A DNA stretch of 64,000 nucleotides from an uncultured candidate division Zixibacteria bacterium (GCA_963806185.1 CAWDXE010000007.1:544001-608000); one strand, 5' to 3'. Positions 40,249 through 50,069 are shown, numbered from the stretch's first letter. Notes: generated by a model not told the origin, from the letters alone. Numbers and translations: made by a program.

Positions 40249-41211
40249 ATGGGAATGTCTAAGCAGGATCGTCTGCTGTTTATCCTTAATCTGCTGCGCA
40301 GTCGCAAGAATCTCAACGCGGCGCAACTGGCCGCGGAATGCGGTGTGACCGAGCGGTCGATCTATCGCGACATGCTTTCGTTGTCGGAGGCAAATGTCCC
40401 AATTTACTATGACAACGGATACAAGGTTGCTTCCGAAAACTTCCTCCCGCCGCTCAATTTCAGTTTTGAAGAATACCGGGCGTTGAAAATGGCGCTGGAG
40501 TCGTCGCCGCTGTCCAAAGCCGGTTCGTATGCAGAACTCTTCCGGCAGGTGCAGGCAAAGATCGAGGCCGGACTCACTGACGGTGTACGCGAACAGAAGC
40601 GCTTCGCCATTCCTACGACAGACGTAGAGGTGCCGCTTACGGTTCACGAGGAGTTGGCCGCTTCCTTCTTTACACAGATCGAAGAGGCAGTACTGCACGA
40701 TCTGGTGCTCGACATGGAGTACGATTCAATAGCGGCAGGGGTGGCGCGACGAGAGGTGGAGCCGTATTTCATCGTGTTCCGAGGGAGAGCATTTTATTTT
40801 GTCGCTTATTGCCATGAGCGCGAGGATTTCCGGACTTTTCGCATTGACCGGGTCAAAGCGCTGGCGATTAAGGCAGAGCACTTCCGTCGAAAATCAGGAA
40901 TTGATGCCAAGTCTTACTTCGGAGGCAGCTGGCAGTTTCATCGGGGTGAGCCGGTCGAAGTAGTCGTTCGATTCGTCGGCCGGGCAGCCCGAGTCGTCGC
41001 CTCCAGCCGGCATCACGCGGACGAAACGGTCGAAGTGGTGAATCCGGAGGAGGTGATTTACCGGGTTACCGTCTCCGGCATCGAGGAGATTAAGCGGTGG
41101 ATACTCGGGTTTGGCGCGGAGGCGTTAGTCCTTGAACCTCCTGAACTTAGAGACTCCATGGTAGCTCTGGTCAAGGCGCTCGCAGCGCTTTACGAGCCGT
41201 CTCAAAAATAA
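40249..41211 (+). CDS. wHTH-WYL-WCX transcriptional regulator (YafY/PafB-like)
   Basis: GVTERSIYRD HTH, REVEPY, FYFVAYCHEREDFRTFRIDRV and WILGFG...VLEPPEL. Confidence 0.93.
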   Translation: MGMSKQDRLLFILNLLRSRKNLNAAQLAAECGVTERSIYRDMLSLSEANVPIYYDNGYKVASENFLPPLNFSFEEYRALKMALESSPLSKAGSYAELFRQVQAKIEAGLTDGVREQKRFAIPTTDVEVPLTVHEELAASFFTQIEEAVLHDLVLDMEYDSIAAGVARREVEPYFIVFRGRAFYFVAYCHEREDFRTFRIDRVKALAIKAEHFRRKSGIDAKSYFGGSWQFHRGEPVEVVVRFVGRAARVVASSRHHADETVEVVNPEEVIYRVTVSGIEEIKRWILGFGAEALVLEPPELRDSMVALVKALAALYEPSQK

Positions 41212-41231
41212 TCGGAGAAACTTAAACTCGG

Positions 41232-41265
41232 ACTGACGGCATCTGTCAGTAGCCAAACTTATCGT
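41232..41265 (+). promoter_or_regulatory. WYL-regulator operator/promoter (PafBC-type)
   Basis: Palindrome ACTGAC-N7-GTCAGT; right arm forms TGTCAG-N10-TA-N3-T. Confidence 0.65.
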
Positions 41266-41289
41266 GTCCGAAGAAAGGAGACGGCTAGT

Positions 41290-41826
41290 ATGGCAATTAC
41301 CAGACGAGGGGAGCGTCCGAGGAAGACGGCAGTAAGTGATCGCCCCATGACCAAATCAGAACGCATATTATTCCTTATTGAACTGCTCAAGGCTCGCGGG
41401 TGCGTGGAGCGCGGTGAAGCGGCCGAAGCGTGCGGTATTTCTGAGCGGACGCTCTATCGCGACTTGCAGACATTGGCGCGGTTGAACATGCCGGTGGTTT
41501 CAGACGGTCCCTATATCCTGAAGACTGAGCGGGTTTCGATCGAGAATTTTGCCGAGACTTCGGATGCGGAATTGGCCAGGTACAGCCGGATACTGGAGAC
41601 GTTTATTTCCGCGATCAAGTGGGGGATGCCGTTGATTATCACTATGCTGGGGGAGCATCGCTCGACCGAGCATCGGCACCTGGCGCGCGGGATAAAGCTG
41701 AAGCGGAACGGGCTGTGCTTGTCGGTGTTATCCTATCCGCACAAGAAGCCGGCTGACATTCCCATTGCGCGAATAGTGCGGATGTCGGCGGTCACAGATG
41801 GTGCACGGGATGGCATCAACAACTGA
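41290..41826 (+). CDS. HTH_11 protein with a degenerate WYL-like C-terminus
   Basis: CGISERTLYRDLQTL similar to upstream gene; C-terminal DIPIARI resembles FRIDRV; AAGGAG RBS. Confidence 0.7.
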   Translation: MAITRRGERPRKTAVSDRPMTKSERILFLIELLKARGCVERGEAAEACGISERTLYRDLQTLARLNMPVVSDGPYILKTERVSIENFAETSDAELARYSRILETFISAIKWGMPLIITMLGEHRSTEHRHLARGIKLKRNGLCLSVLSYPHKKPADIPIARIVRMSAVTDGARDGINN

Positions 41827-41929
41827 GATTGTCCCGTTTATCGTGTAGTGACCGTTTCACAATTGCGGCCAATGTGAGGGTGCGAAGCGGGGGCCGTGTT
41901 GAAATCTTCCGGCTACAGATGCCGCTTGC

Positions 41930-41964
41930 AAAAACACGCCGTCGGGAGCAATTCCCGACGGCGT
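41930..41964 (-). terminator. Intrinsic terminator after DUF1573 gene
   Basis: ACGCCGTCGGGA-gcaat-TCCCGACGGCGT with T tract on minus strand. Confidence 0.8.
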
Positions 41965-41990
41965 ATTGGTGTGCGATCGATCGGCAGATT

Positions 41991-42743
41991 TTAGTGGCCA
42001 CTCACCTGCGTGGCGTTGGTTTCCGGAGCCGCGGCCTGTCCGGGCACGCGCAGTGCACGCTTGATGGGCACGGTAAACCGGTTGTGGGCTTCGTCATTTA
42101 CTTCAAAGGTAAACGATTTCTCGAACTCCTTTTCGACCGCTCCTTTGGTGAGGGCGATCGTAGCTTCCGCCGAACCGCCCGCTGCGACGCTCTTGGGGAG
42201 AGTGATGTTGACCAAGTCGGACGGAGCAGAAATAAGCGTCAAGTCCAACGGCTTATCGGACATGTTATTTATACGGAACTCCATCTTATCCCGGACCTTC
42301 TCGCCGAATTGCGACAGGTCGAGCTTGTAGGGCTTGATGGTGATTGGGAAGAGGGAGTCGGGCTTAATAACAACGTTGCAGGTGAACTCGACAAATTTCT
42401 CCGGATCGCCCTCGTTGGTCTCAATTTTCGGACGTTTGATGACGTGGCCGATGTAGCTGCCGGAACCGAAAATGATCTCCAGTTTTGCGCTGTCGCCCAC
42501 GGCGAGCGCATCCTTGTCCAGCGGCGTCTTGGTGCAGCCGCAACCGGGGGTCACTTTGACGATGTGAAGGGTGTCCTCGCCGGTTGACTTGAGCCAAAAG
42601 GCATGGGTAATCTGCGAGTTTTGCGGCACATACCCGAAGTTGAAGGTTGATTCCGAAATGTTCATGCGGGGCACGGCCATAGCTGAGCCGTTGATCAGAA
42701 AGGCGCAGGCTGTGGCGGCGATAGTGTGACGAAAGTTGATCAT
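41991..42743 (-). CDS. Exported DUF1573 / Ig-like protein (CGC motif)
   Basis: Signal peptide, FNFGYV, HAFWLKSTG and KVTPGCGCT. Confidence 0.88.
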   Translation of the reverse strand: MINFRHTIAATACAFLINGSAMAVPRMNISESTFNFGYVPQNSQITHAFWLKSTGEDTLHIVKVTPGCGCTKTPLDKDALAVGDSAKLEIIFGSGSYIGHVIKRPKIETNEGDPEKFVEFTCNVVIKPDSLFPITIKPYKLDLSQFGEKVRDKMEFRINNMSDKPLDLTLISAPSDLVNITLPKSVAAGGSAEATIALTKGAVEKEFEKSFTFEVNDEAHNRFTVPIKRALRVPGQAAAPETNATQVSGH

Positions 42744-42834
42744 CTCATTCTCCTCTTCTTGCTTGATTCGTGTAACAATCTATTATAGTTCTATTCTCGC
42801 TACTCGTTCCGGCTTCATCGTCCGCGGCGGACCC

Positions 42835-42868
42835 AAAAAAAAGAGCCGCTCGAAGCATCGAGCGGCTC
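42835..42868 (-). terminator. Intrinsic terminator between DUF1573 paralogues
   Basis: GAGCCGCTCGA-N4-TCGAGCGGCTC followed by T8 on minus strand. Confidence 0.88.
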
Positions 42869-42894
42869 AGGAATAACTTCCCTCAATTCAGCGC

Positions 42895-43698
42895 TTAGTG
42901 GCTGCCAGTCTGCGGTGTCGCCTGGTTGGCGGTCGGAGCGGCCGGTTCGCCCGGCTGGCCCGGAATCCGCAGGGCCCGTTTAATCGGGACGGAGAAGCGG
43001 GTGTGGGCTTCGTCCGAGAGTTCGAACGTGAAGATTTCCTCGAACTCCTTGGTCAGCGCTGCTTTCGTCAGTTTGATCGTCCCTTCAGCCGTCTGGCCGG
43101 CTGCGATGCTCTTGGGAAGAGTCACCGTCGCCAGTTCGTTCGGCAGGCAGACCATCGAGAGGTCGACCGGTTTGTCGGAGACGTTGACGATCATGAATTT
43201 CATCTGATCGCGCACTTTCTCTCCGAACTGCGAGAGATCGAGCTTGTAGGGGCGAATTCGCACCGGGTAGGTGGAATCCGGCTTCAGCGTGATGTTACAT
43301 CTGATCTCTACGAACTTGTCCGGCGGCCCTTCGTTGGACTCGATTTTGGGACGCTTACTGACGTTGCCTTGGTAATGCTTCGTGTCAAAAATGATCTTCA
43401 GCCGAGTGCTGTCACCGACAGCAAGTACCTCTCGTTCGAGAGGCGCCTTGGTGCATCCTCAGCCAGGGGTCACTTTGATGATGCGCAGGCTATCATCGCC
43501 CGTGGAATACAACCAGAAGTCGTGCACGATCGAGGCGTTCTGCGGAACGAAACCAAAGTCAAAAGTGCTTTCTTTGATCTCGAGCCGCGGAGCCGCCAGT
43601 GCCGCACCGGCTATCAGGAGCATGCCAATCGTCGCACCAATCAGGTGGCGTCGTGCTTTCATCACCGTTGATGTCCTCGCTATTTCAAGTGCTTTCAT
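42895..43698 (-). CDS. Exported DUF1573 / Ig-like protein, probable selenoprotein (UGC motif)
   Basis: ORFs 43459-43698 and 42895-43263 are in one frame separated only by TGA (43461-43459); read-through gives KVTPG-U-GCTKAPL, collinear with neighbour KVTPGCGCTKTPL; start 43698 or 43662. Confidence 0.85.
43425..43446 (-). promoter_or_regulatory. Putative bacterial SECIS element
   Basis: GCCUCUC-GAAC-GAGAGGU hairpin; G-initiated apical loop 21 nt 3' of UGA. Confidence 0.7.
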
Positions 43699-44441
43699 TA
43701 TTGTTGTCCGGTCATTGTGGTGGCGGCGTTCAGTACCGCCCCCTGGCGAACGGGAACAGTTATACGATAACTTTTCTTGCTCGCCGCTTCAAACGCTTCC
43801 AGAGTAATCGAACGTTCAAATCTTGTCGTGTCGTCAGGCTGGACCAGCCCTATCTGCGCTGTCACCACACCGCCCGGAGCGAGCTTTTCCGGTACGACTA
43901 CCTTCATTTTGTCGGCGGGCACCGAGACGACCTTCAGCCCGAGCTCCCGTCCGGAGAGATTGGACACCCGTATTCCGGCCGATTCCTTGCGAGCGGCTTT
44001 TGCGGTCGGAAACTCGACGGATGACGGACTGACCGATAAAAACGGGTTGGGTGACGGTGATGCAGTCACAACATTCAACCGAACCGGTTCCGGGCTGCCT
44101 TCAAAGAACACATATGCTGTCTGCGAAGTATCCGAGTCTGACTTGGAATTCCAAAGCAGAGTTACGCCGAGGGAATCGCCAGGCTGGGCGAGATCCCCAT
44201 TGCGATCCGCGCGAACGCAGCCGCAACCGGTCTTAACATCCCTAAGGCGGATCGTGTCGGCTGGGCCGGATCGGATCCAGAAAGTATGAGAGACGGTACC
44301 GGACGTGGAAATCATACCAAAATCAAACCGAGTAACTTCAAGAATCCCTTGTGATTGGGCTAATCCGACGGATCCGGTCAGGGAGATGCCCGCGACCAAG
44401 ATCAACCGAAGCCAACTTGTTATATTATAGCGGACATTCAC
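43698..44441 (-). CDS. Exported DUF1573 / Ig-like protein (divergent, CGC motif)
   Basis: FDFGMI, HTFWIRS, VKTGCGCV and FERSITLE; TTGACG-N17-TACCTT promoter at 44498-44470. Confidence 0.8.
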   Translation of the reverse strand: MNVRYNITSWLRLILVAGISLTGSVGLAQSQGILEVTRFDFGMISTSGTVSHTFWIRSGPADTIRLRDVKTGCGCVRADRNGDLAQPGDSLGVTLLWNSKSDSDTSQTAYVFFEGSPEPVRLNVVTASPSPNPFLSVSPSSVEFPTAKAARKESAGIRVSNLSGRELGLKVVSVPADKMKVVVPEKLAPGGVVTAQIGLVQPDDTTRFERSITLEAFEAASKKSYRITVPVRQGAVLNAATTMTGQQ

Positions 44442-44557
44442 CTATTTCGTTCCATACCAAATCGTTAGTAAGGTAGCCGGAATTTGCCAAAGCGTCAAGA
44501 CATTTCAAGTTTTGTACTTGTTCTGGGTCCATTTTGCACTCAATTTGGACACGGGAA

Positions 44558-45505
44558 ATGGACGATACGACAAATATAGTGACTGCAATTATAGACATCA
44601 GAGAATTAGTCAAGATTTACCCCGGCGGACGTCGGGGTAATATTGTGGCCGTCAACGGCGTCAGCATGACGATTCGACCGGGCGAGATAATCGGGTTGGT
44701 TGGTCCCAACGGAGCGGGCAAAACGACACTCGTCAAAGCGGTACTGGGACTGGTCCGAATCGACAAGGGAGAAGTCTACCTCAACGGATTGCCACCGGCC
44801 AATCCTGAGTCGCGCGAGAAGGTGGGGTATTTGGCGGAGAATCATCGATATCCTTCCCATCTTACCGGCAACAATCTGCTTCGCCTGACGGGGGAGATGC
44901 TAGGGATGTCGGCGAGCAGCATCCGAGAGCGGACGGAAGCACTGTTGCTCCTGGTCGGGATGAGCAAGTGGGGGGAGACTAAAGTCTCGAAGTATTCCAA
45001 AGGAATGGGGCAGCGCATTGGACTGGCCCAGGCGTTGATGGGAGATCCTGATTTATTGCTGTTGGATGAGCCGACCGACGGCATCGACCCCGTAGGAAAG
45101 ATAGAAATCCGCGAGGTGCTCAAGCAGTTGCGCCAACAGGGGAAGACCATTCTGCTCAATTCGCACCTCTTGTCCGAAGTGGAAGCGATAGCCGACCGGG
45201 TAGCGATGCTATCGCAGGGGAAATTAGTGAGGATCGCCACGATGGATGAACTAACCGTTAAGGGCATGCAGTTCGAAATCGTAGCGGACCTCGGCAACGA
45301 GATACTGGAGATTCCACCGGAGATCGGGAAGGTCATCACCATTGCCGCCAAGGGGATGATTGTAGAGCTGAAGAACGAGAGCGACATCAACGGGATTATC
45401 GATATCCTGCGCACGGCGAGAATTACCATTCATTCCATCGCGCCGCGGAAAATGACCTTGGAGCAATCCTTTATTGAGACGATAGCGAAGGCGGAGCAAA
45501 ACTGA
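44558..45505 (+). CDS. ABC transporter ATP-binding protein
   Basis: GPNGAGKTT, YSKGMGQR, LLLDEPTDG and NSH motifs. Confidence 0.94.
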   Translation: MDDTTNIVTAIIDIRELVKIYPGGRRGNIVAVNGVSMTIRPGEIIGLVGPNGAGKTTLVKAVLGLVRIDKGEVYLNGLPPANPESREKVGYLAENHRYPSHLTGNNLLRLTGEMLGMSASSIRERTEALLLLVGMSKWGETKVSKYSKGMGQRIGLAQALMGDPDLLLLDEPTDGIDPVGKIEIREVLKQLRQQGKTILLNSHLLSEVEAIADRVAMLSQGKLVRIATMDELTVKGMQFEIVADLGNEILEIPPEIGKVITIAAKGMIVELKNESDINGIIDILRTARITIHSIAPRKMTLEQSFIETIAKAEQN

Positions 45506-46299
45506 TGCGCGGCTTTGTGCGAGACACGTTCAATGAGGCGCTGGACCGGAAATTCGTCCTGATTTTCGGTGTGGTGGCGCTTTTGGCGCTGCTGTTGGTG
45601 TTCATGTCACGGGGGATGAACTTCCAAATGCGGATATCGACCAGCGGCATGGAGTCGCCGACGGGGATCCCCACGCCAACTGAGCTGTACGGTTTTGCGT
45701 TTAGCGGTTACATGTCGGGTCTGGTATTGATCGGCCTATTGTGCGCCGGTGGCATCATTCCGCACATGTTCTCACGCGGGATAGCCGAGTTCTACCTGTC
45801 CAAGCCGATGTCCCGATCGAACATCCTTTGGAATCGATTTGTCGGTCTGGTGGTGATACATTCCGGGCTGATAGCCGTGGCCGGACTTATACCGTTGCTG
45901 GCCGGATTTCTGGTACAACAGACCTTTGACGGATCGCTTCTTTTCATCCTGGTGATCGAGTTGATTTCATTTCTCATCTGGCTGTGCATTGCCGCCGCGG
46001 CCGGCGTATGGTTTGGGTCGACTGCCAAGGTTTTCATGACTATTGCCGCCATCTGGGCTATGGCGGCCGTGCTGGCCTCACGTGAGCAGCTCAAGATGTT
46101 CTTCACCTCGACGTTTATGGCCAACCTGCTTGATGTACTCTACTACATCGTGCCCAAGAACAACGCCTTTACGTCGATCTCCCGGAATCTCGTTTCCGGT
46201 CAACCGATCGAAAGCTGGCTGCCCGTGTGGAGTTCCTTGCTTTTTGCGGTTGCCATGTTATTTTTGGCCCAATGGCGACTGAACCGACGGGAATTCTAG
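45505..46299 (+). CDS. ABC-2 type permease
   Basis: Six TMs, YLSKPMSRS motif, coupled to the ATPase. Confidence 0.85.
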   Translation: MRGFVRDTFNEALDRKFVLIFGVVALLALLLVFMSRGMNFQMRISTSGMESPTGIPTPTELYGFAFSGYMSGLVLIGLLCAGGIIPHMFSRGIAEFYLSKPMSRSNILWNRFVGLVVIHSGLIAVAGLIPLLAGFLVQQTFDGSLLFILVIELISFLIWLCIAAAAGVWFGSTAKVFMTIAAIWAMAAVLASREQLKMFFTSTFMANLLDVLYYIVPKNNAFTSISRNLVSGQPIESWLPVWSSLLFAVAMLFLAQWRLNRREF

Positions 46300-46333
46300 G
46301 GGATATCTCCAAAGAGTCAGAAAACGGGGAGCA

Positions 46334-46861
46334 ATGACAGATCAGCAATCCAACAGGCCGGTTTCCGAACTTCTCGAACCGCTGAAGATAGCCTTGGCGC
46401 TGGAGTGCGAGGGGCGGAAGTTCTTTACCGACACGGCCGCGCGGCTCAAGAACACGCTGGCCCGGCAGACCCTGGAATTTCTGGCCAAGGAAGAATCCAA
46501 GCATATTGAGCGAATTCAGGAGTTCTATAGTTCTATCGAACAGTCAGGCGGGCGGATTATCCCCAGAGTGGACCCTTCCGACGCCGACCGTCGGCTGGGG
46601 GAATTCAACGACCGGTTGGCCCTGCTCAAGGATACGCTGCCGCCGACAGCGACCGACGTGGAAGCGTATCGGATGGCGCTTAAGTTCGAGAATGGGGCAG
46701 AAGAGCTATACCAGAGACAGCTCGAGGAGTCGAGGGATCCCAATGTCCAGGCATTTTATCGGTGGCTTATCCATGAAGAGACAATGCATTCCAAGGTGCT
46801 CAACTCCTGTATCAAGTTTATCGAGGACCCGACCGGATGGTTCAGGGAGCGGGGGAAATAG
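46334..46861 (+). CDS. Rubrerythrin/ferritin-like protein
   Basis: IALALE, LAKEESKH, ALKFE and LIHEETMH di-iron motifs. Confidence 0.88.
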   Translation: MTDQQSNRPVSELLEPLKIALALECEGRKFFTDTAARLKNTLARQTLEFLAKEESKHIERIQEFYSSIEQSGGRIIPRVDPSDADRRLGEFNDRLALLKDTLPPTATDVEAYRMALKFENGAEELYQRQLEESRDPNVQAFYRWLIHEETMHSKVLNSCIKFIEDPTGWFRERGK

Positions 46862-47002
46862 GGCGCTCGAACGGTCAATTTGAACGTGTTTCGGCGGTCG
46901 GTGTGACCGCCGATTTTGTTTAGGCTTCGCGCTTTACTCGCTGAAATCGCCGTTCTATATTTGACGCCATACAGCAAGATTAACGGATTAAGGAGAACTG
47001 CA

Positions 47003-48376
47003 ATGTCCCCACTGGAATATCTGGAACAGACCAAGGATCAGCGGATGAATGACCTGTTCGAGCTCATCCGTTTTCCCTCGGTGTCGGCCAAGTCGGAACA
47101 CAAGGGCGATATCAAAGCCTGCGCCGAGTGGATCAAGAATCACCTGAACAACATCGGTTTCACGGCGTCGCTTGAAGGGACGCAGGGGAACCCGGTCGTG
47201 TATGCCGAGCACCAGACAGCCGGCCCAGCCGCCCCGACAGTGCTGTATTACGGTCACTATGACGTTCAGCCGCCGGAGCCGCTCAATCTCTGGACCACGC
47301 CACCGTTTGAGCCGCAGATCCGCGATGGGTACATTTGGGCGCGCGGCGCCTGCGACGACAAGGGGCAGACCTTCTCGCATATCAAGGGGTTGGAAGCGGT
47401 GATCAAAGCAACGGGTAAGCTGCCGGTCAACGTGAAATTTCTTATTGAAGGCGAAGAAGAGTGTCATTCGGTGAACCTGCCTGAGTTTATCAAGAACAAC
47501 AAGGAACGGCTCAAAGCGGATATCGCCGTGGTGTCCGATACCGCGATGTTCAACAAGGAGCTGCCGGCGGTGACGTTCGGTTTGCGCGGATTGGCCGCGT
47601 GCGAGGTATTTGTTTACGGTCCGGATCGGGACCTGCATTCCGGCACATTTGGCGGCGCGATTGCAAATCCGGTGAACGTATTATGTTGGATGGTCGGCCA
47701 GTTGCATGACCCGAAGACCGGAAAGATCAAGATTCCGGGTTTCTACGACAAGGTGAAGATGATGTCGAAGTGGGAGCGGACGCAGTTCAAGAAACTGCCG
47801 TACAGCGACGCCAAGTACAAGAAGACCACCGGCGTTCCGGCGCTTCACGGAGAAAAAGGGTTCACTACCTACGAGCGGAGCTGGTGTCGGCCGACCTGTG
47901 ATGTCAACGGCATTACCGGCGGGTATCAGGGTGAGGGAGCCAAGACCATCATCCCGGCGATGGCGTCGTGCAAGATCACGATGCGTCTGGTGCCGGATAT
48001 GGACCCGATGGATATCTGCAATAAGATCGAGAAGTATCTCAAGAAGATCGCACCGAAGTCGGTGAAGGTGAAAGTCGACAAGGGTGGCGGAGCGAGAGCG
48101 GTGGTCGTCCCGACCGACGGGCCGTGGCTGGAAGCGGCCGGCAAGGCGATCAAAACCGGATTCGGCAAGACGCCGGTGTACATGAAAGAGGGCGGATCGA
48201 TTCCGATTGTCGGCGATTTCAAAAAGATGCTGGGTGTCGATACACTTCTGCTCGGATGGGGACAAAACGACGACAATATCCATTCGCCCAACGAACGGTT
48301 CCGGGTGATCGATTTCGAGCGCGGCTGTCGTACGGCGGCGTTGCTTCCGGAGGAATTGGCGAAAGTGAAACGGTAA
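47003..48376 (+). CDS. M20 family dipeptidase
   Basis: YGHYDVQP, ARGACDDKGQ, EGEEE, GGSIP and IHSPNE motifs; AAGGAG RBS before 47003. Confidence 0.94.
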   Translation: MSPLEYLEQTKDQRMNDLFELIRFPSVSAKSEHKGDIKACAEWIKNHLNNIGFTASLEGTQGNPVVYAEHQTAGPAAPTVLYYGHYDVQPPEPLNLWTTPPFEPQIRDGYIWARGACDDKGQTFSHIKGLEAVIKATGKLPVNVKFLIEGEEECHSVNLPEFIKNNKERLKADIAVVSDTAMFNKELPAVTFGLRGLAACEVFVYGPDRDLHSGTFGGAIANPVNVLCWMVGQLHDPKTGKIKIPGFYDKVKMMSKWERTQFKKLPYSDAKYKKTTGVPALHGEKGFTTYERSWCRPTCDVNGITGGYQGEGAKTIIPAMASCKITMRLVPDMDPMDICNKIEKYLKKIAPKSVKVKVDKGGGARAVVVPTDGPWLEAAGKAIKTGFGKTPVYMKEGGSIPIVGDFKKMLGVDTLLLGWGQNDDNIHSPNERFRVIDFERGCRTAALLPEELAKVKR

Positions 48377-49155
48377 TGGAGCTGGGCATTCGCGGAAAGC
48401 GGGCATTAGTCACCGGGGCATCGGGCGGACTCGGGCAAGCCGCCGCCATTGCCCTGGCGCATGAGGGGGTTGAGGTCATCATCAACTCCCGAAGCCAGGA
48501 GCGGCTGGCGGAGTCGGCGACGCAGATTGCCAAGGCGACCGGCCAGCGGCCGAAGTACTTCGCCGCCGACATCTCCAATCGCGATCAGGTGGCGAAACTT
48601 CTGCAACAGGCGGGGCCGATCGATATCCTGGTGTCAAATACCGGCGGTCCGCCGCCGGGCAGGCCGATGGAACTCGATGCGGAGAAGTGGGAACATGCCG
48701 GAAAACTCATCCTTGAGTCGGCCATCGTGCTCACTCATGGCGTGTTGCCGCACATGATCGAACGGAAGTGGGGGCGCCTGATCTACATAACGTCGATCTC
48801 CGCACTTCAGCCAATTGACGATTTGACGCTCTCGAATGTATACCGGTCCGGCGTGGCGGCGTTTTCGAAAACGATTTCAAACAACCATGCGCAGGACGGT
48901 ATAACGGCCAACTGTGTTTGCCCCGGGTATATTGGGACGGCACGGTTGCAGTCGCTGGCCGAGAAGCGGGCGCAGGCGGCGGGGAAGTCGGTCAAAGAGA
49001 TGTTCGACGAATTCGCGGCCGGGAATCCGATGAAGCGTATCGGCAAGCCGGAGGAATTGGCGGCGGCGATAGCGTTTTTGGCCAGCAACCAGGCGGCGTA
49101 TATCAGCGGGTCGGCCATTGCCGTTGACGGCGGCGCGCGAAAGGCGCTCTTCTAG
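48376..49155 (+). CDS. SDR family oxidoreductase
   Basis: VTGASGGLG, NTGGPP, SNVYR and VDGG motifs. Confidence 0.92.
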   Translation: MELGIRGKRALVTGASGGLGQAAAIALAHEGVEVIINSRSQERLAESATQIAKATGQRPKYFAADISNRDQVAKLLQQAGPIDILVSNTGGPPPGRPMELDAEKWEHAGKLILESAIVLTHGVLPHMIERKWGRLIYITSISALQPIDDLTLSNVYRSGVAAFSKTISNNHAQDGITANCVCPGYIGTARLQSLAEKRAQAAGKSVKEMFDEFAAGNPMKRIGKPEELAAAIAFLASNQAAYISGSAIAVDGGARKALF

Positions 49156-49167
49156 GAGCGAACCTTC

Positions 49168-50067
49168 GTGACGCAAGCCACTGAGCGTAACGGCAGCAAG
49201 AGCCTGTTAATGCACTTGCTGCCGTTCATTTTGATCCAGCAGACGCTGGGCGCGCTTTGTTTTCCCATCTCCAAGTATGGTCTTGCGATTATTGAGCCAT
49301 TCACATTTGCCTTCTATCGGTTTGTCATTTCGGGCGTCATACTGCTCGTGATCGCGAGATTCAAAGAGCACGGCCGGCCAATCGAACGAAACGACTGGTG
49401 GCGAATTTTTCTGCTTGGATTTCTGATTATTCCATTCAACCAGACCGGTTATCTCTGGGGGCAGTCTCTAACTGCGGCAGGGCACGGATCCATCCTCTTT
49501 GCCACTACGCCGATCTGGGTGTTCATTCTGGCGGTGATCCATCTTGGTGAGAAACTGCTTTGGCGGCGAATTGTCGGAATCGTCATCGCCCTGATTGGCG
49601 CCATGACGATCATGCTTACCGGCGCGATCAAGCTGGGAACTGAATATCTTTTTGGCGATTTGATCATTCTCGTCGCGGTCTGGGCTTGGGCCTACTATAC
49701 GATCTTAGGCAAACCGTTGATTGAGAAGTACGGCGCGATTCGAATCACCGCTTATGCGCTGGCGTCGGGGTCGCTCATGTACTTCCCGTTCGGAATAGTG
49801 CGGGCGGTGCAGTACAACTACTCGCAGGCGACCTGGGGCGCCTGGCTGACCGTGCTCTACATGGCAATCGGGGCGTCGGTCGGCTCGTATCTCATCTGGT
49901 CCTGGCTGCTCAAGCACATGGAAGCATCACGGCTGGCGGTATTCAGCAACATGCAGCCGGTGATAGCGACGGCGGTGGCGTGGGTGGCGCTCAATGAGCA
50001 GCCGACCACGGCGTTTTTCATCGGTTCGGCGGTTGTGTTGGCGGGGGTGTTGATTACGGAGGTGTAG
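49168..50067 (+). CDS. DMT/EamA family transporter
   Basis: Ten TMs, duplicated EamA pattern. Confidence 0.9.
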   Translation: MTQATERNGSKSLLMHLLPFILIQQTLGALCFPISKYGLAIIEPFTFAFYRFVISGVILLVIARFKEHGRPIERNDWWRIFLLGFLIIPFNQTGYLWGQSLTAAGHGSILFATTPIWVFILAVIHLGEKLLWRRIVGIVIALIGAMTIMLTGAIKLGTEYLFGDLIILVAVWAWAYYTILGKPLIEKYGAIRITAYALASGSLMYFPFGIVRAVQYNYSQATWGAWLTVLYMAIGASVGSYLIWSWLLKHMEASRLAVFSNMQPVIATAVAWVALNEQPTTAFFIGSAVVLAGVLITEV

Positions 50068-50069
50068 TT

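Noticed and set aside
41829..43671. Long plus-strand ORFs 41829-42587 and 42898-43671
   Set aside because: Antisense shadows of the DUF1573 genes with no recognisable motifs.
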